Source of the DNA: an uncultured Bacteroidota bacterium
GTDB lineage: Bacteria; Bacteroidota; Bacteroidia; Chitinophagales; Chitinophagaceae
Assembly: GCA_903929425.1 (NCBI GenBank)
Contig: CAIYUO010000110.1
Coordinates: 12,845 to 76,844, forward strand
Reading direction: 5' to 3'
DNA: 64,000 bases
Shown in pieces: positions 18,219 to 27,730 of the stretch. Within the stretch, counting starts at the first letter, position 1. Each line of letters begins with the position of its first letter. The notes under the pieces are model-generated. The model was given only the letters and a program-made list of their open reading frames with translations. It was not told where the DNA came from and made no database searches. A program made the translations under genes and the position numbers.

Positions 18219-20957
18219 ATGCAGAAATTTCTCCCATTTATTATAGGTACCTTATGCTTCGTTTTATTGACAAATGCTAGTGTTGGGCAGGATGCACCCG
18301 TTAAAGATTCTGTTTCACAAATCAACGTGAAATTGATTGACATCTTTAATCAAAAAAACCCTACAAAATATAAAATAAGAAACATTAAAGTTATTGGTAA
18401 TCAAAACTTTGATGAGGCATTATTATTATCCTTATCAACCATCAACGTGGGTGATGAAGTGACTATTCCGGGTGGTGATAACTTTGGTAAAGTGATTCAT
18501 AAATTAATGGATCAAAATTACTTTAGTGATGTGAGTATATACTTAACCGATGTTCAGGATAATCAAATTGATATTGAAATTAATGTAGTTGAAAGGCCAA
18601 GGTTATCAAAGTTCAATTTTGTGGGTATTCGAAAATCTGATAATGATGAGTTATCAGGAAAAACAGGATTACTGCCTAACAGAGTCGTAACTGAAAATAT
18701 GAAAATAACGGCTGTCGAAGGCATTAAAAAATATTATGCAGAAAAAGGTTTTCAGGATGTAAAAGTAACTATCAGAGAAAAGAAGGATGTAACACGAAAA
18801 AATAATTTATTACTAGATTTTGTGGTAAATAAAGGTCCAAGAGTTCGTATCAATAATATCAATTTTGGAGGCAATTTAATTGAGGAAACCAAGCTTAAAA
18901 AAAGTTTGAAGGAAATACATGAAAGATCTAGACTTACCTTGTTTCCAATCAATGACAAGTCCATGATTGTTAAAACATCTCCCTATACTTTTGAACAGTA
19001 TTTAAGTGAGAAGGGCTATTTAACTTTTACAAAAACTAGGAAAATATTAAATCCTTATGCTAGGATTTCTTTTTCGTCTGCTAAATTCTCTCCAAAAAAA
19101 TTAGAAGAAAGTAAAGATAATTTGTTGAATTATTATAATTCTTTAGGGTATAGAGACGCTGATATTGAAAAGGATACTGTTTATCATAATACTGCTGGCA
19201 ATTTAAATATTGACATGCAATTAAAGGAGGGTAAAAAGTATTACTTTGGTAATATTACTTGGAGAGGAAATACAAAATATCCTGATTCCTTATTGACAGC
19301 GATTTTAAATATTAAAAAAGGCTCCATCTATAATCGTGAGACACTTTTTAATAAATTAGGAAAAACACAAACAGCGGAAGGCGGAGATATTAGTGGTTTA
19401 TACCAAGACGATGGATATTTATTTTTTGCTGTTGATCCCATTGAAACGGCTGTATATAACGACACTATTGATTATGAAATTAGACTAAGAGAAGGTCCAC
19501 AAGCAACCATTAAAACTGTTCGTATCACGGGTAATGAAAAAACAAAAGATTTTGTAATTCGTCGTGAAATCAGAACCATTCCAGGTGATAAATTTAGTCG
19601 TACATTGTTAATACGTTCTCAACGAGAAATTGCGCAATTAAACTTTTTCGACCAAGAAAAAATCAGACCTGAACCTGTTCCCAATCCCGAAGACGGAACG
19701 GTTGACATTAATTATAGTGTTGAAGAAAAGTCAAGCGATCAATTAGAATTGAGTGCAGGCTGGGGTGGATATATTGGTTTAACAGGAACCTTGGGTGTAA
19801 CATTCAATAACTTTTCTTCAAAAAATATTTTCAAAAAATCAGCTTGGGATCCATTACCAATGGGAGATGGTCAAAAATTGAGTGTACGTATTCAAAGTAA
19901 TGGAAAGGCTTTTAGATCCATTAATGCATCCTTTACTGAACCATGGTTTGGAGGCATTAAAAGAAACTCTTTAACCTTAAGTATTTTTAATACTAAGTAT
20001 GGTCAAACTATTGATCCAACTACAGGCATGTATAATATTGATGCTGCAAACAATCAATACATTTCAACCACAGGAGCAACGGTTACTTTTGGTAAACAAT
20101 TAACCTGGCCTGATGACTATTTCTCTTTTAGTTATGGTTTAAACTTTACGCGCTATACTTTAAAAAACTATCCAATTGATCCTTATAACTTACCCAACTT
20201 TAATAACGGTAATGTAAACAACTTGAATATCAGATTGGCATTACAAAGGACTTCAGTGGACCAGCCTTTATTCCCACGAACGGGTTCAACCTTTTTATTA
20301 AGCGGTCAAATTACACCACCTTATTCTTTGATTGACCCTAACGTAAATACAGGATCAAATAAGTTTGAATTATTGGAATACCACAAATGGCGATTTAATG
20401 GTGAATGGTTTATTCCATTGGGCAAGCCAGCGGGTGAAGAGCATAATAAACAATTTGTAATGCGTTTTGCTGCAAAATTTGGATTCTTGGGCAGGTACAA
20501 TACTGATTTAAGTATTTCACCATTTGAGAGATTCCAATTAGGAGATGCAGGATTAAGCAACCAGTTTGCTTTGTTAGGATATGATATTATAGCGCAAAGA
20601 GGATATCCTGTATATGAATCATCTAATCCCAAAATAAATCCTGACCAACAGTCTTCAAGACAAAAGTTTACGATGTTTAATAAGTACGCTATGGAAATCA
20701 GGTATCCATTAAGTTTAGCGGCAAGTAGTACTATTTATGCACTTGGATTTTTCGAAGCAGCTAATGGATGGTATAGCATGAAGGACTATAATCCATTTGA
20801 ACTTCGTCGTTCAGTAGGTATTGGTATGCGTTTTTACTTGCCTATGTTTGGATTGCTAGGATTTGATTACGGTATAGGTATCGATCGATTAAATAGCACC
20901 AATAGTTTAAAGGATGCGGGTAGATTCACCTTTATGTTAGGATTTGAACCAGAATAG
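18219..20957 (+). CDS. bamA: Outer membrane protein assembly factor BamA
   Basis: Multiple POTRA repeats, GNEKTKDFVIRRE, RGY loop motif, FDYG and C-terminal FMLGFEPE; start uncertain (18201 or 18219). Confidence 0.93.
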   Translation: MQKFLPFIIGTLCFVLLTNASVGQDAPVKDSVSQINVKLIDIFNQKNPTKYKIRNIKVIGNQNFDEALLLSLSTINVGDEVTIPGGDNFGKVIHKLMDQNYFSDVSIYLTDVQDNQIDIEINVVERPRLSKFNFVGIRKSDNDELSGKTGLLPNRVVTENMKITAVEGIKKYYAEKGFQDVKVTIREKKDVTRKNNLLLDFVVNKGPRVRINNINFGGNLIEETKLKKSLKEIHERSRLTLFPINDKSMIVKTSPYTFEQYLSEKGYLTFTKTRKILNPYARISFSSAKFSPKKLEESKDNLLNYYNSLGYRDADIEKDTVYHNTAGNLNIDMQLKEGKKYYFGNITWRGNTKYPDSLLTAILNIKKGSIYNRETLFNKLGKTQTAEGGDISGLYQDDGYLFFAVDPIETAVYNDTIDYEIRLREGPQATIKTVRITGNEKTKDFVIRREIRTIPGDKFSRTLLIRSQREIAQLNFFDQEKIRPEPVPNPEDGTVDINYSVEEKSSDQLELSAGWGGYIGLTGTLGVTFNNFSSKNIFKKSAWDPLPMGDGQKLSVRIQSNGKAFRSINASFTEPWFGGIKRNSLTLSIFNTKYGQTIDPTTGMYNIDAANNQYISTTGATVTFGKQLTWPDDYFSFSYGLNFTRYTLKNYPIDPYNLPNFNNGNVNNLNIRLALQRTSVDQPLFPRTGSTFLLSGQITPPYSLIDPNVNTGSNKFELLEYHKWRFNGEWFIPLGKPAGEEHNKQFVMRFAAKFGFLGRYNTDLSISPFERFQLGDAGLSNQFALLGYDIIAQRGYPVYESSNPKINPDQQSSRQKFTMFNKYAMEIRYPLSLAASSTIYALGFFEAANGWYSMKDYNPFELRRSVGIGMRFYLPMFGLLGFDYGIGIDRLNSTNSLKDAGRFTFMLGFEPE

Positions 20958-20979
20958 AAAAACTTCTAAAATTCATTTT

Positions 20980-21504
20980 ATGAAACTGAATAAACAAGCT
21001 GGCTTAGTTGCATTTATGTTATTTTTTTGTGTTATTGCTAATGCACAATCAAAATATGCAGTGATTAATACCAAGTATATTTTAGAGAAAATTCCAGAAT
21101 ATAAGGATGCGGATAAAAAATTAAAGGAATTAGGCGATCAGTGGCAAAACGAAATTGATGACAAGCAAATGTCACTTGATAAAATGTACAAAAACTATGA
21201 GGCTGAGCAGTTTATGCTATCCGAGGACCTGCGAAAAAAGCGTGAAGAGGAACTGTTTTTTAAGGAAAAAGAGCTCAGGGATTTACAAAAAAAGCGATTT
21301 GGCTATGAAGGGGACCTATTTAAGGAGCGCCAAAAACTAGTGAAACCTATTCAAGACAAAGTATATAATGCAGTTCAAAAAATGGCTGTAGCCCGTTCTT
21401 ATGACTTCATTTTGGATAAAAGTGAAGGAATAACCATTATATTTGCAGACCCTAAATTGGATAAAAGCGATGAAATTTTAAAACAATTAGGAATCATTAA
21501 TTAA
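20980..21504 (+). CDS. skp: OmpH/Skp family periplasmic chaperone
   Basis: Signal peptide, KYAVINTKYIL..IPEY, coiled coil, YDFILDK..ADPKLD. Confidence 0.88.
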   Translation: MKLNKQAGLVAFMLFFCVIANAQSKYAVINTKYILEKIPEYKDADKKLKELGDQWQNEIDDKQMSLDKMYKNYEAEQFMLSEDLRKKREEELFFKEKELRDLQKKRFGYEGDLFKERQKLVKPIQDKVYNAVQKMAVARSYDFILDKSEGITIIFADPKLDKSDEILKQLGIIN

Positions 21505-21527
21505 TACACAAACACAAAAAATAGAAT

Positions 21528-22163
21528 ATGAAAAAAGGTTTTTTATTTGCAGCCGTATTAGCAGTTGCAATTTTATTTACAAACAATGCATCAGCTCAAT
21601 CTAACGTAAAAATTGGTTATTTCGATGAGCAAAGTGTTATTGGTTTGTTCCCAGGTATTCAGGAAAAATTAGATACTGTATTACAATCTTATGCAAAGGA
21701 TTCTTTACAAGAAGAGTATAACTATACTTTAAAGGATTTTCAAGTAAAAGATAGTATTTACAAAAGAGACTCAGCTGATTTGTCAAAAAGACCAAAGGCT
21801 TTAGAAATGGCTACAACCGATCTTAATCGTTTAAAGTATAAGTTAATTAACTGGCAACAATACCAACAAGAGTCAATGCAACAAAAGCAAGAACAACTTT
21901 TATTGCCTTTTAGACAAAAAATTTATGCTGCACTAACTGAAGTGATTGCTGAAAATAAATATACTTGGGTTTTAAACGCTTCGGCTTTATCTGTATATTA
22001 TCAACCTTCTATTGCTGATAATATTTCAATTAGAGTAGCAATGAAATTGAAATTACCTTTACCAAAAGAAATTGAAGAAGCATTTCGTGTAGCAACAGGT
22101 GGCGCTCCAGCTAAAGCAATTGCTGCTCCAGCGGCTACTAAAGCACCCGCTAAGAAAGGATAG
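21528..22163 (+). CDS. Second OmpH/Skp family protein with Ala/Pro/Lys-rich tail
   Basis: Signal peptide, KIGYFD, Q-rich coiled coil, YTWVLN; follows skp. Confidence 0.8.
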   Translation: MKKGFLFAAVLAVAILFTNNASAQSNVKIGYFDEQSVIGLFPGIQEKLDTVLQSYAKDSLQEEYNYTLKDFQVKDSIYKRDSADLSKRPKALEMATTDLNRLKYKLINWQQYQQESMQQKQEQLLLPFRQKIYAALTEVIAENKYTWVLNASALSVYYQPSIADNISIRVAMKLKLPLPKEIEEAFRVATGGAPAKAIAAPAATKAPAKKG

Positions 22164-22182
22164 TTTTTTAAAATATATTTGA

Positions 22183-22215
22183 TAAGAACCTCGTTGTTAT
22201 GCAACGAGGTTCTTA
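22183..22215 (+). terminator. Perfect 14-bp-stem hairpin after the skp paralog
   Basis: TAAGAACCTCGTTG-ttatg-CAACGAGGTTCTTA followed by GTTTT. Confidence 0.7.
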
Positions 22216-22238
22216 GTTTTACAGCAACAATAAATTTT

Positions 22239-23060
22239 ATGGCTGCTCCCATTGGTGTTTTTGATAGTGGATATGGTGGTTTAACCATTTTAAAGGAATT
22301 GAAAAAACAATTGCCCGAATATGATTATTTGTATTTAGGTGACAATGCGCGTTCGCCTTACGGAACTAGATCATTTGAAACAGTATATGAATATACTTTA
22401 CAAGCTGTTAAGTGGTTTTTTGAAAATGATTGTAGGCTGGTGATTTTAGCATGTAATACTGCCTCAGCAAAAGCACTTCGCAATATCCAACAACTAGACC
22501 TTCCAAAAATTGCACCCAATAATCGAGTATTAGGCGTCATTCGTCCATCCTCAGAAGTACTTGGTAATTATTCAACTTCGGGACATGTAGGAATTATGGC
22601 AACATCTGGAACAGTTCAAAGTGACAGTTATATAATTGAAATGTCAAAGTTTTTCCCTGACATTAAAGTGTATCAGCAAGCATGCCCCATGTGGGTCCCG
22701 CTTATTGAAAATGGGGAGTATGATCATGCTGGGGCCGATTATTTTGTGAAAGCCTACTTAGACCAACTTTTTAGCCAGTCTAAGGATATTGACTCTATTT
22801 TACTAGCATGTACTCATTATCCATTATTGGAACCCAAAATCAAGGCTTATTTGCCGGAAGGTGTCAAATTAGTGTCACAAGGCAATATTGTTGCCGACAG
22901 TTTGGCTAAATATTTGCAAAATCACCCTGAAATAGATCAAAATTGTTCCAAAAAGGGTCAAATTGAGTTTTTTACGACAGACAACCCTTTGACCTTTGAA
23001 AAACAGGCAAGTTTATTTTTTGGACAAAAAATTGAAGCAAAACATACAGATTTAGTATAA
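22239..23060 (+). CDS. murI: Glutamate racemase
   Basis: IGVFDSGYGGLT, PYG, ILACNTAS, LACTHYP; start moved to ATG 22239. Confidence 0.96.
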   Translation: MAAPIGVFDSGYGGLTILKELKKQLPEYDYLYLGDNARSPYGTRSFETVYEYTLQAVKWFFENDCRLVILACNTASAKALRNIQQLDLPKIAPNNRVLGVIRPSSEVLGNYSTSGHVGIMATSGTVQSDSYIIEMSKFFPDIKVYQQACPMWVPLIENGEYDHAGADYFVKAYLDQLFSQSKDIDSILLACTHYPLLEPKIKAYLPEGVKLVSQGNIVADSLAKYLQNHPEIDQNCSKKGQIEFFTTDNPLTFEKQASLFFGQKIEAKHTDLV

Positions 23061-23199
23061 GATTTCAAAAAAAACCCTATTTTTGCCGTCCTTTCACGGG
23101 TAGTGGTATGGTGACTGCTATTAGAAATGGATTTTGAACAAAAGTATAAAACAAAAGGGCATATAGGAATACTCCTACTAACCCGAAAAAAAAAGTAAT

Positions 23200-23355
23200 A
23201 TGAAACGTACATTCCAACCTCATAAACGTCGTCGTAAATCTGTTCATGGATTCCGTAAGCGTATGGAATCAGCTAATGGTCGTAAAGTATTAGCTAGTCG
23301 CCGTAAGAAAGGACGCAAGAAACTAACTGTATCTAGCGAGAAAGGATTAAAATAA
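23200..23355 (+). CDS. rpmH: 50S ribosomal protein L34 (51 aa; not in ORF track)
   Basis: [51 protein letters not shown]; directly upstream of rnpA-yidD. Confidence 0.97.
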   Translation: MKRTFQPHKRRRKSVHGFRKRMESANGRKVLASRRKKGRKKLTVSSEKGLK

Positions 23356-23387
23356 TTTAATTACAATCCCTAGAAACTTATAATTTT

Positions 23388-23420
23388 AAAGTCCTCTTCC
23401 TTCTGGGAGGGGACTTTTTT
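23388..23420 (+). terminator. Intrinsic terminator after rpmH
   Basis: AAAGTCCTCTTCC-ttct-GGGAGGGGACTTT plus T run. Confidence 0.8.
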
Positions 23421-23461
23421 AATGTGTATCCTTTTTTTATAGATCCTTTTATACAACTACT

Positions 23462-23950
23462 TTGTCAAAAATATATTCATATCAAAAACAAGACAAACTA
23501 AAAAGTAGAAAGCAGACACAATTTTTGTTTGCGAAGGGGCAATCTATGAATGCCTTTCCCATTAAACTTATTTATACCATTGAAAACTTGGAGCAACTCA
23601 TTGTATATTTGCCTAGTCCTTTTTTAAATTTAACAACCATTAAAGAAAAAGGTCAACTGCAAACAGGGGTGGGGGCGCCTAGCAGAACTTTTCGAAAAGC
23701 GGTAATGCGTAATAGGGTTAAACGATTACTACGTGAGGGCTATCGATTAGAGAAGCCTGCATTCCTTGCCAGTAATACATTGCAGGGCTTTAGGGTAAAC
23801 TTATTTTTTTTATACACTGACGCTAATGTGCTGACTCAAAAAGAGATTCAGGATAAAATAAAACAATTATTAGCAAGACTTTCCGAGAAGTTAAATCAAC
23901 TAAAAAATGCTAAAGGCGACAGTCGTAAAAGTTCGGAAGTAAAAAATTAA
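23462..23950 (+). CDS. rnpA: Ribonuclease P protein component, with internal insertion
   Basis: KLKSRKQ..LF, KAVMRNRVKRLLREGYR (RNR motif), position after rpmH; TTG start. Confidence 0.9.
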   Translation: MSKIYSYQKQDKLKSRKQTQFLFAKGQSMNAFPIKLIYTIENLEQLIVYLPSPFLNLTTIKEKGQLQTGVGAPSRTFRKAVMRNRVKRLLREGYRLEKPAFLASNTLQGFRVNLFFLYTDANVLTQKEIQDKIKQLLARLSEKLNQLKNAKGDSRKSSEVKN

Positions 23951-24004
23951 AATGGTTTCTAATTCAAATAAATGAAATCGAAATTCAAATTAGCTACTAT
24001 ATAA

Positions 24005-24238
24005 ATGAACGGCCTTAAAAAAATAATTGCATTTCCATTTTTAATATTGATACGTTTTTATCAATATGCGCTTTCACCCTATTTAGGCGGCAGCAAGTGC
24101 AGGTATACACCAACATGTTCTCAATATACTTTAGAGGCTATACAAAAATTTGGCCCCATAAAAGGTATCTTTCTAGGGGCCAAACGTTTAAGTAAATGTC
24201 ATCCTGGTGGAGGACATGGATATGATCCTGTTCCTTAA
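24005..24238 (+). CDS. yidD: Membrane protein insertion efficiency factor YidD
   Basis: [25 protein letters not shown]. Confidence 0.95.
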   Translation: MNGLKKIIAFPFLILIRFYQYALSPYLGGSKCRYTPTCSQYTLEAIQKFGPIKGIFLGAKRLSKCHPGGGHGYDPVP

Positions 24239-24242
24239 TTTT

Positions 24243-24848
24243 TTATTTTGCAGCGCTAAATCTTTCAGCTACAACGTTCCAGTTTACTAAGTTCCAAAAT
24301 GCAGCTAAATAGTCAGCACGACGATTTTGGTATTTTAAGTAGTAAGCATGTTCCCAAACATCAGCTCCTAATAATGGAGTACCTTTTACTTCAGCAACAT
24401 CCATTAATGGGTTGTCTTGATTAGGTGTAGAGCTTACTTCTAATTTACCATCTTTTACAATTAACCAAGCCCAACCACTCCCAAAACGAGTCATCCCGGC
24501 AGCTGCAAATTTTTCTTTAAAAGAATCAAAACTTCCAAAAGCTGCTGTGATTGCGTCATCTAATGCTCCACTTGGTGTTCCACCAGCATTTGGTGCAAGG
24601 CTAGCCCAAAAAAAGCTATGGTTCCAATGACCGCCACCATTGTTTCTTACAGCAGGACTAATGCTACCAGCAACTGCTACTAATTCCTCCAAGCTTTTAC
24701 CTTCATTTGGGGTTCCAGCAACTGCTTTATTTAAATTGTCAACATAGGCTTGATGGTGTTTGCCATGGTGAATTTGCATTGTTAAAGTATCAAAATGAGG
24801 TTCTAAGGCTTCGTGTGCGTATGGTAACGCTGGTAAAGTAAATGACAT
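24243..24848 (-). CDS. sod: Fe/Mn superoxide dismutase
   Basis: [35 protein letters not shown]. Confidence 0.97.
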   Translation of the reverse strand: MSFTLPALPYAHEALEPHFDTLTMQIHHGKHHQAYVDNLNKAVAGTPNEGKSLEELVAVAGSISPAVRNNGGGHWNHSFFWASLAPNAGGTPSGALDDAITAAFGSFDSFKEKFAAAGMTRFGSGWAWLIVKDGKLEVSSTPNQDNPLMDVAEVKGTPLLGADVWEHAYYLKYQNRRADYLAAFWNLVNWNVVAERFSAAK

Positions 24849-24958
24849 ATTTTTTTATTTGTTTTTATAGTAGATCTCAAAATTACACTCCTTTATAATG
24901 ATTTAAACGAGTAACAGGTTATTTTTTCTTAAATAGTAAGTTTATTGGATTTTGAGAA

Positions 24959-25029
24959 AGCGTATATGCTAATCCGAGCCGAGCTTTCGAGCAATGCGCA
25001 GGGTGAGGCGAGAATTAGGCATATATGCT
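24959..25029. repeat. GC-rich imperfect inverted-repeat element between tadA and sod
   Basis: AGCGTATATGC...GCATATATGCT arms, about 50% GC within an AT-rich spacer. Confidence 0.5.
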
Positions 25030-25032
25030 GAG

Positions 25033-25473
25033 CTATCTCTTGGCCTTAAAAAAAGCCTGCATCAGCGATGCGCATTCCTCCTGTAGAATGCCACCAACCA
25101 AAGTTGTGGAAGGGTGGAATGGATTTTTTTCAGTGACACGGCGGTAACTGTTTTTTTCATCATAGGCTCCAAAAACAATATGCCCTATTTTATTCCAATA
25201 TAAAGCACCTGCACACATTAAGCAGGGTTCTAAGGTTACATACAAAGTAGCGTCGGGTAAATATTTTGATTGTAAACTTTCACCTGCACTTGTGATGGCT
25301 AAAATTTCGGCGTGTGCGGTAACGTCCTTCAATAATTGTACTTGGTTATAAGCTTTGGCAACTATTTTACCATGCATAACAATGACCGCGCCTACTGGTA
25401 CTTCATCAACGTCAAAGGCCCTCTGTGCTTGCACGAGGGCCTGACGCATAAATTGTTCATGAATATTTTCCAA
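25033..25473 (-). CDS. tadA: tRNA adenosine deaminase TadA / nucleoside deaminase
   Basis: EVPVGAV, TAHAEI, LYVTLEPCLMCAGA. Confidence 0.9.
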   Translation of the reverse strand: MENIHEQFMRQALVQAQRAFDVDEVPVGAVIVMHGKIVAKAYNQVQLLKDVTAHAEILAITSAGESLQSKYLPDATLYVTLEPCLMCAGALYWNKIGHIVFGAYDEKNSYRRVTEKNPFHPSTTLVGGILQEECASLMQAFFKAKR

Positions 25474-25506
25474 GGATACATTTTTATTTATATAACATCA
25501 TTATAA

Positions 25507-26205
25507 TTAATACCTCATGATGCGAATATTTCTATAAGAAACTTCGTCCCCATCATGTTCTTGTAAAGCAATATGTCCCGAAAATACTTTTCCGAAATCA
25601 GGTGTTTCAGCTGTTGCAAATTTTGATCTTCTTATTAATTCTTTCCAAGCATCATCACCCAAGTGAGTTTTTACAACGGTCACATCATTCAATTTTAATT
25701 CTAATACACCATTTTTTGAAATGATATCTACTTTATTCCATTCGCCATAAGGTTTCTCATGACCTTCGTTGCCAACAATCAAGTCATATAAATTACCAGC
25801 ACGATGACTAATAATTTTTGCATCAGGATGACCATTATTATCTAACACTTGCATTTCAGGCCCGGTATGATAAGTACGTTTATACTTGATGGGATCATCC
25901 TGAATAAAAAATATGATACCGCTATTGCCGTTCTTCGAAATTTTCCATTCTAAAGCCAAATGAAATTCATTGAAGCTTTCGTCTGTTACTAAATCACCAC
26001 CACCCTTACCATTTTTTAAGGCTTTTGGGTCCATTCTAAGAATTCCATTTTCAACTTTCCATGCTTCACCAGCTGTTTTTTCGCCGTAGCTATGCCATCC
26101 TTTAGTTGAATAGCCATCAAATAAGCTGTACCAAATATTTTTTTTCTGTGCATTGGCCTGCGTTAAACTAAGCAGTACCATTAGAACAAGTGTAATTTTT
26201 TTCAT
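25507..26205 (-). CDS. DUF1080 protein (3-keto-glycoside-acting family), secreted
   Basis: Sec signal, SLFDG...GW, W.VENG, EWK...NSGI, EMQVLD, GEWN, GHIALQEH. Confidence 0.9.
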   Translation of the reverse strand: MKKITLVLMVLLSLTQANAQKKNIWYSLFDGYSTKGWHSYGEKTAGEAWKVENGILRMDPKALKNGKGGGDLVTDESFNEFHLALEWKISKNGNSGIIFFIQDDPIKYKRTYHTGPEMQVLDNNGHPDAKIISHRAGNLYDLIVGNEGHEKPYGEWNKVDIISKNGVLELKLNDVTVVKTHLGDDAWKELIRRSKFATAETPDFGKVFSGHIALQEHDGDEVSYRNIRIMRY

Positions 26206-26227
26206 AATTAATCGTTTTTTAAAGTTC

Positions 26228-26620
26228 CTATTTTTTTAATAATAAAACATATTTAGCTAAAGCTTCAGCATCTTCTTGTGATAAAGTTGGATGCGGTGTC
26301 ATTGGAATAGCACCCCATACACCACTACCGCCTTTGATGATTTTACCTGCAAGCATTTTTACATTCTCATCATTGTTCTCGTATTTCGCAGCCACTTCTC
26401 TGTAAGCAGGACCTATATTTTTTTCATCTACTTTATGACATGTTAAACAATCGCTTTTTCCAACCAATGCCAATCCTTTTTGATAATCAGGATTATCTGA
26501 CAACGAGTTCGCTGAAGTACTTCCCTTATCATCATCTCCTTTCGCAGATTCTTTTTCTTTATTTCCTCCACATGCCATTAATGATATCACCATTACAAAT
26601 GTTCCTAAAACCTTTTTCAT
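26228..26620 (-). CDS. Class I cytochrome c lipoprotein (c-551/c-552-like)
   Basis: Lipobox LMAC, CLTCH heme motif, GPAY, GVWGAIPMTPH axial Met. Confidence 0.92.
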   Translation of the reverse strand: MKKVLGTFVMVISLMACGGNKEKESAKGDDDKGSTSANSLSDNPDYQKGLALVGKSDCLTCHKVDEKNIGPAYREVAAKYENNDENVKMLAGKIIKGGSGVWGAIPMTPHPTLSQEDAEALAKYVLLLKK

Positions 26621-26645
26621 ACTTTAATTTTTATTTTATTCTTGA

Positions 26646-27701
26646 TTAATTAATGCCTAATATTTTTTTATTAAAGGCTTCATCTGAGCCAGTGCTTGCA
26701 AAATCATCAAAAGCTTTCTCTGTTACTTTAATGATATTGTTTTGAATAAATACAGCACCTTCAGCTGCACCCACTTCAGGATGTTTCAAGCAACATTCCC
26801 ATTCCATAACCGCCCAACCTTTATAATCGTAAGCGGCAAGTTTGCTAAATATACTTTTAAAATCAACCTGACCATCACCTAATGATCTAAATCTTCCTGC
26901 ACGGTCAATCCAATTTTGATAACCACCATAAACGCCTTGTTTTGCACTTGGATTAAATTCGGCATCCTTTACATGGAACATTTTTATGCGTTCATGGAAG
27001 ACATCAATATATCCTAAGTAATCCATGCATTGTAAAACAAAGTGTGATGGGTCATATAATAAACAAGCACGTTTGTGACCATTTACTTTATTTAAAAACA
27101 TTTCATAGGAAACGCCATCATGTAAATCCTCGCCCGGATGAATTTCATAACAAAGGTCAACACCTACTTTATCGTATTCGTTTAATATTGGCATCCATCT
27201 TTTAGCTAGTTCTGTAAATCCTGTTTCTACTAATCCTGCAGGTCGTTGTGGCCATGGGTAAACAGTATGCCATAATAAAGCACCACTAAAAGTTGCCGAT
27301 GCATTCAATCCTAAATTTTGAGAAGCTTTTGCAGCATAAATTAATTGTTGTTCCGCCCACTGTGTTCTGGCTTTTGAATTACCTCGAACTTTCACTGGTG
27401 CGAATCCATCAAACTGTGCATCATAAGCAGGGTTTACTGCAATTAACTGTCCTTGTAAATGCGTTGACAATTCTGTAATTTCTAAACCTGCTGCGTTTAC
27501 AATTCCTTTTATTTCATCGGCATAGGTTTTACTTTCAGCTGCTTTTTGCAAATCCATACAACGAGCATCCCAACTTGGAATTTGCACCCCTTTAAAACCT
27601 AGGCTAGCAGCCCATTTACAGATACTCTCTAAAGTATTAAAAGGGGCGATGTCGCCCATAAATTGAGCTAAAAATATGGCTGGTCCTTTTAGGGTTGTCA
27701 T
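26646..27701 (-). CDS. Sugar phosphate isomerase/epimerase (TIM barrel), cytoplasmic
   Basis: EIHPGED, YDPSH, HVKDAEF, FRSLGDGQVD, MEWEC; no signal peptide. Confidence 0.9.
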   Translation of the reverse strand: MTTLKGPAIFLAQFMGDIAPFNTLESICKWAASLGFKGVQIPSWDARCMDLQKAAESKTYADEIKGIVNAAGLEITELSTHLQGQLIAVNPAYDAQFDGFAPVKVRGNSKARTQWAEQQLIYAAKASQNLGLNASATFSGALLWHTVYPWPQRPAGLVETGFTELAKRWMPILNEYDKVGVDLCYEIHPGEDLHDGVSYEMFLNKVNGHKRACLLYDPSHFVLQCMDYLGYIDVFHERIKMFHVKDAEFNPSAKQGVYGGYQNWIDRAGRFRSLGDGQVDFKSIFSKLAAYDYKGWAVMEWECCLKHPEVGAAEGAVFIQNNIIKVTEKAFDDFASTGSDEAFNKKILGIN

Positions 27702-27730
27702 TTTGTTTCTAATTAAAAGTTGTGAGCAAT

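Noticed and set aside
22101-22160. Ala/Pro/Lys-rich repeat at the end of the second Skp gene
   Set aside because: A low-complexity disordered tail; no independent element.
23186-23194. Homopolymer runs (A9 here, A9 near 4520, G6 near 46695) as phase-variation tracts
   Set aside because: Intergenic and of a length expected in an AT-rich genome.
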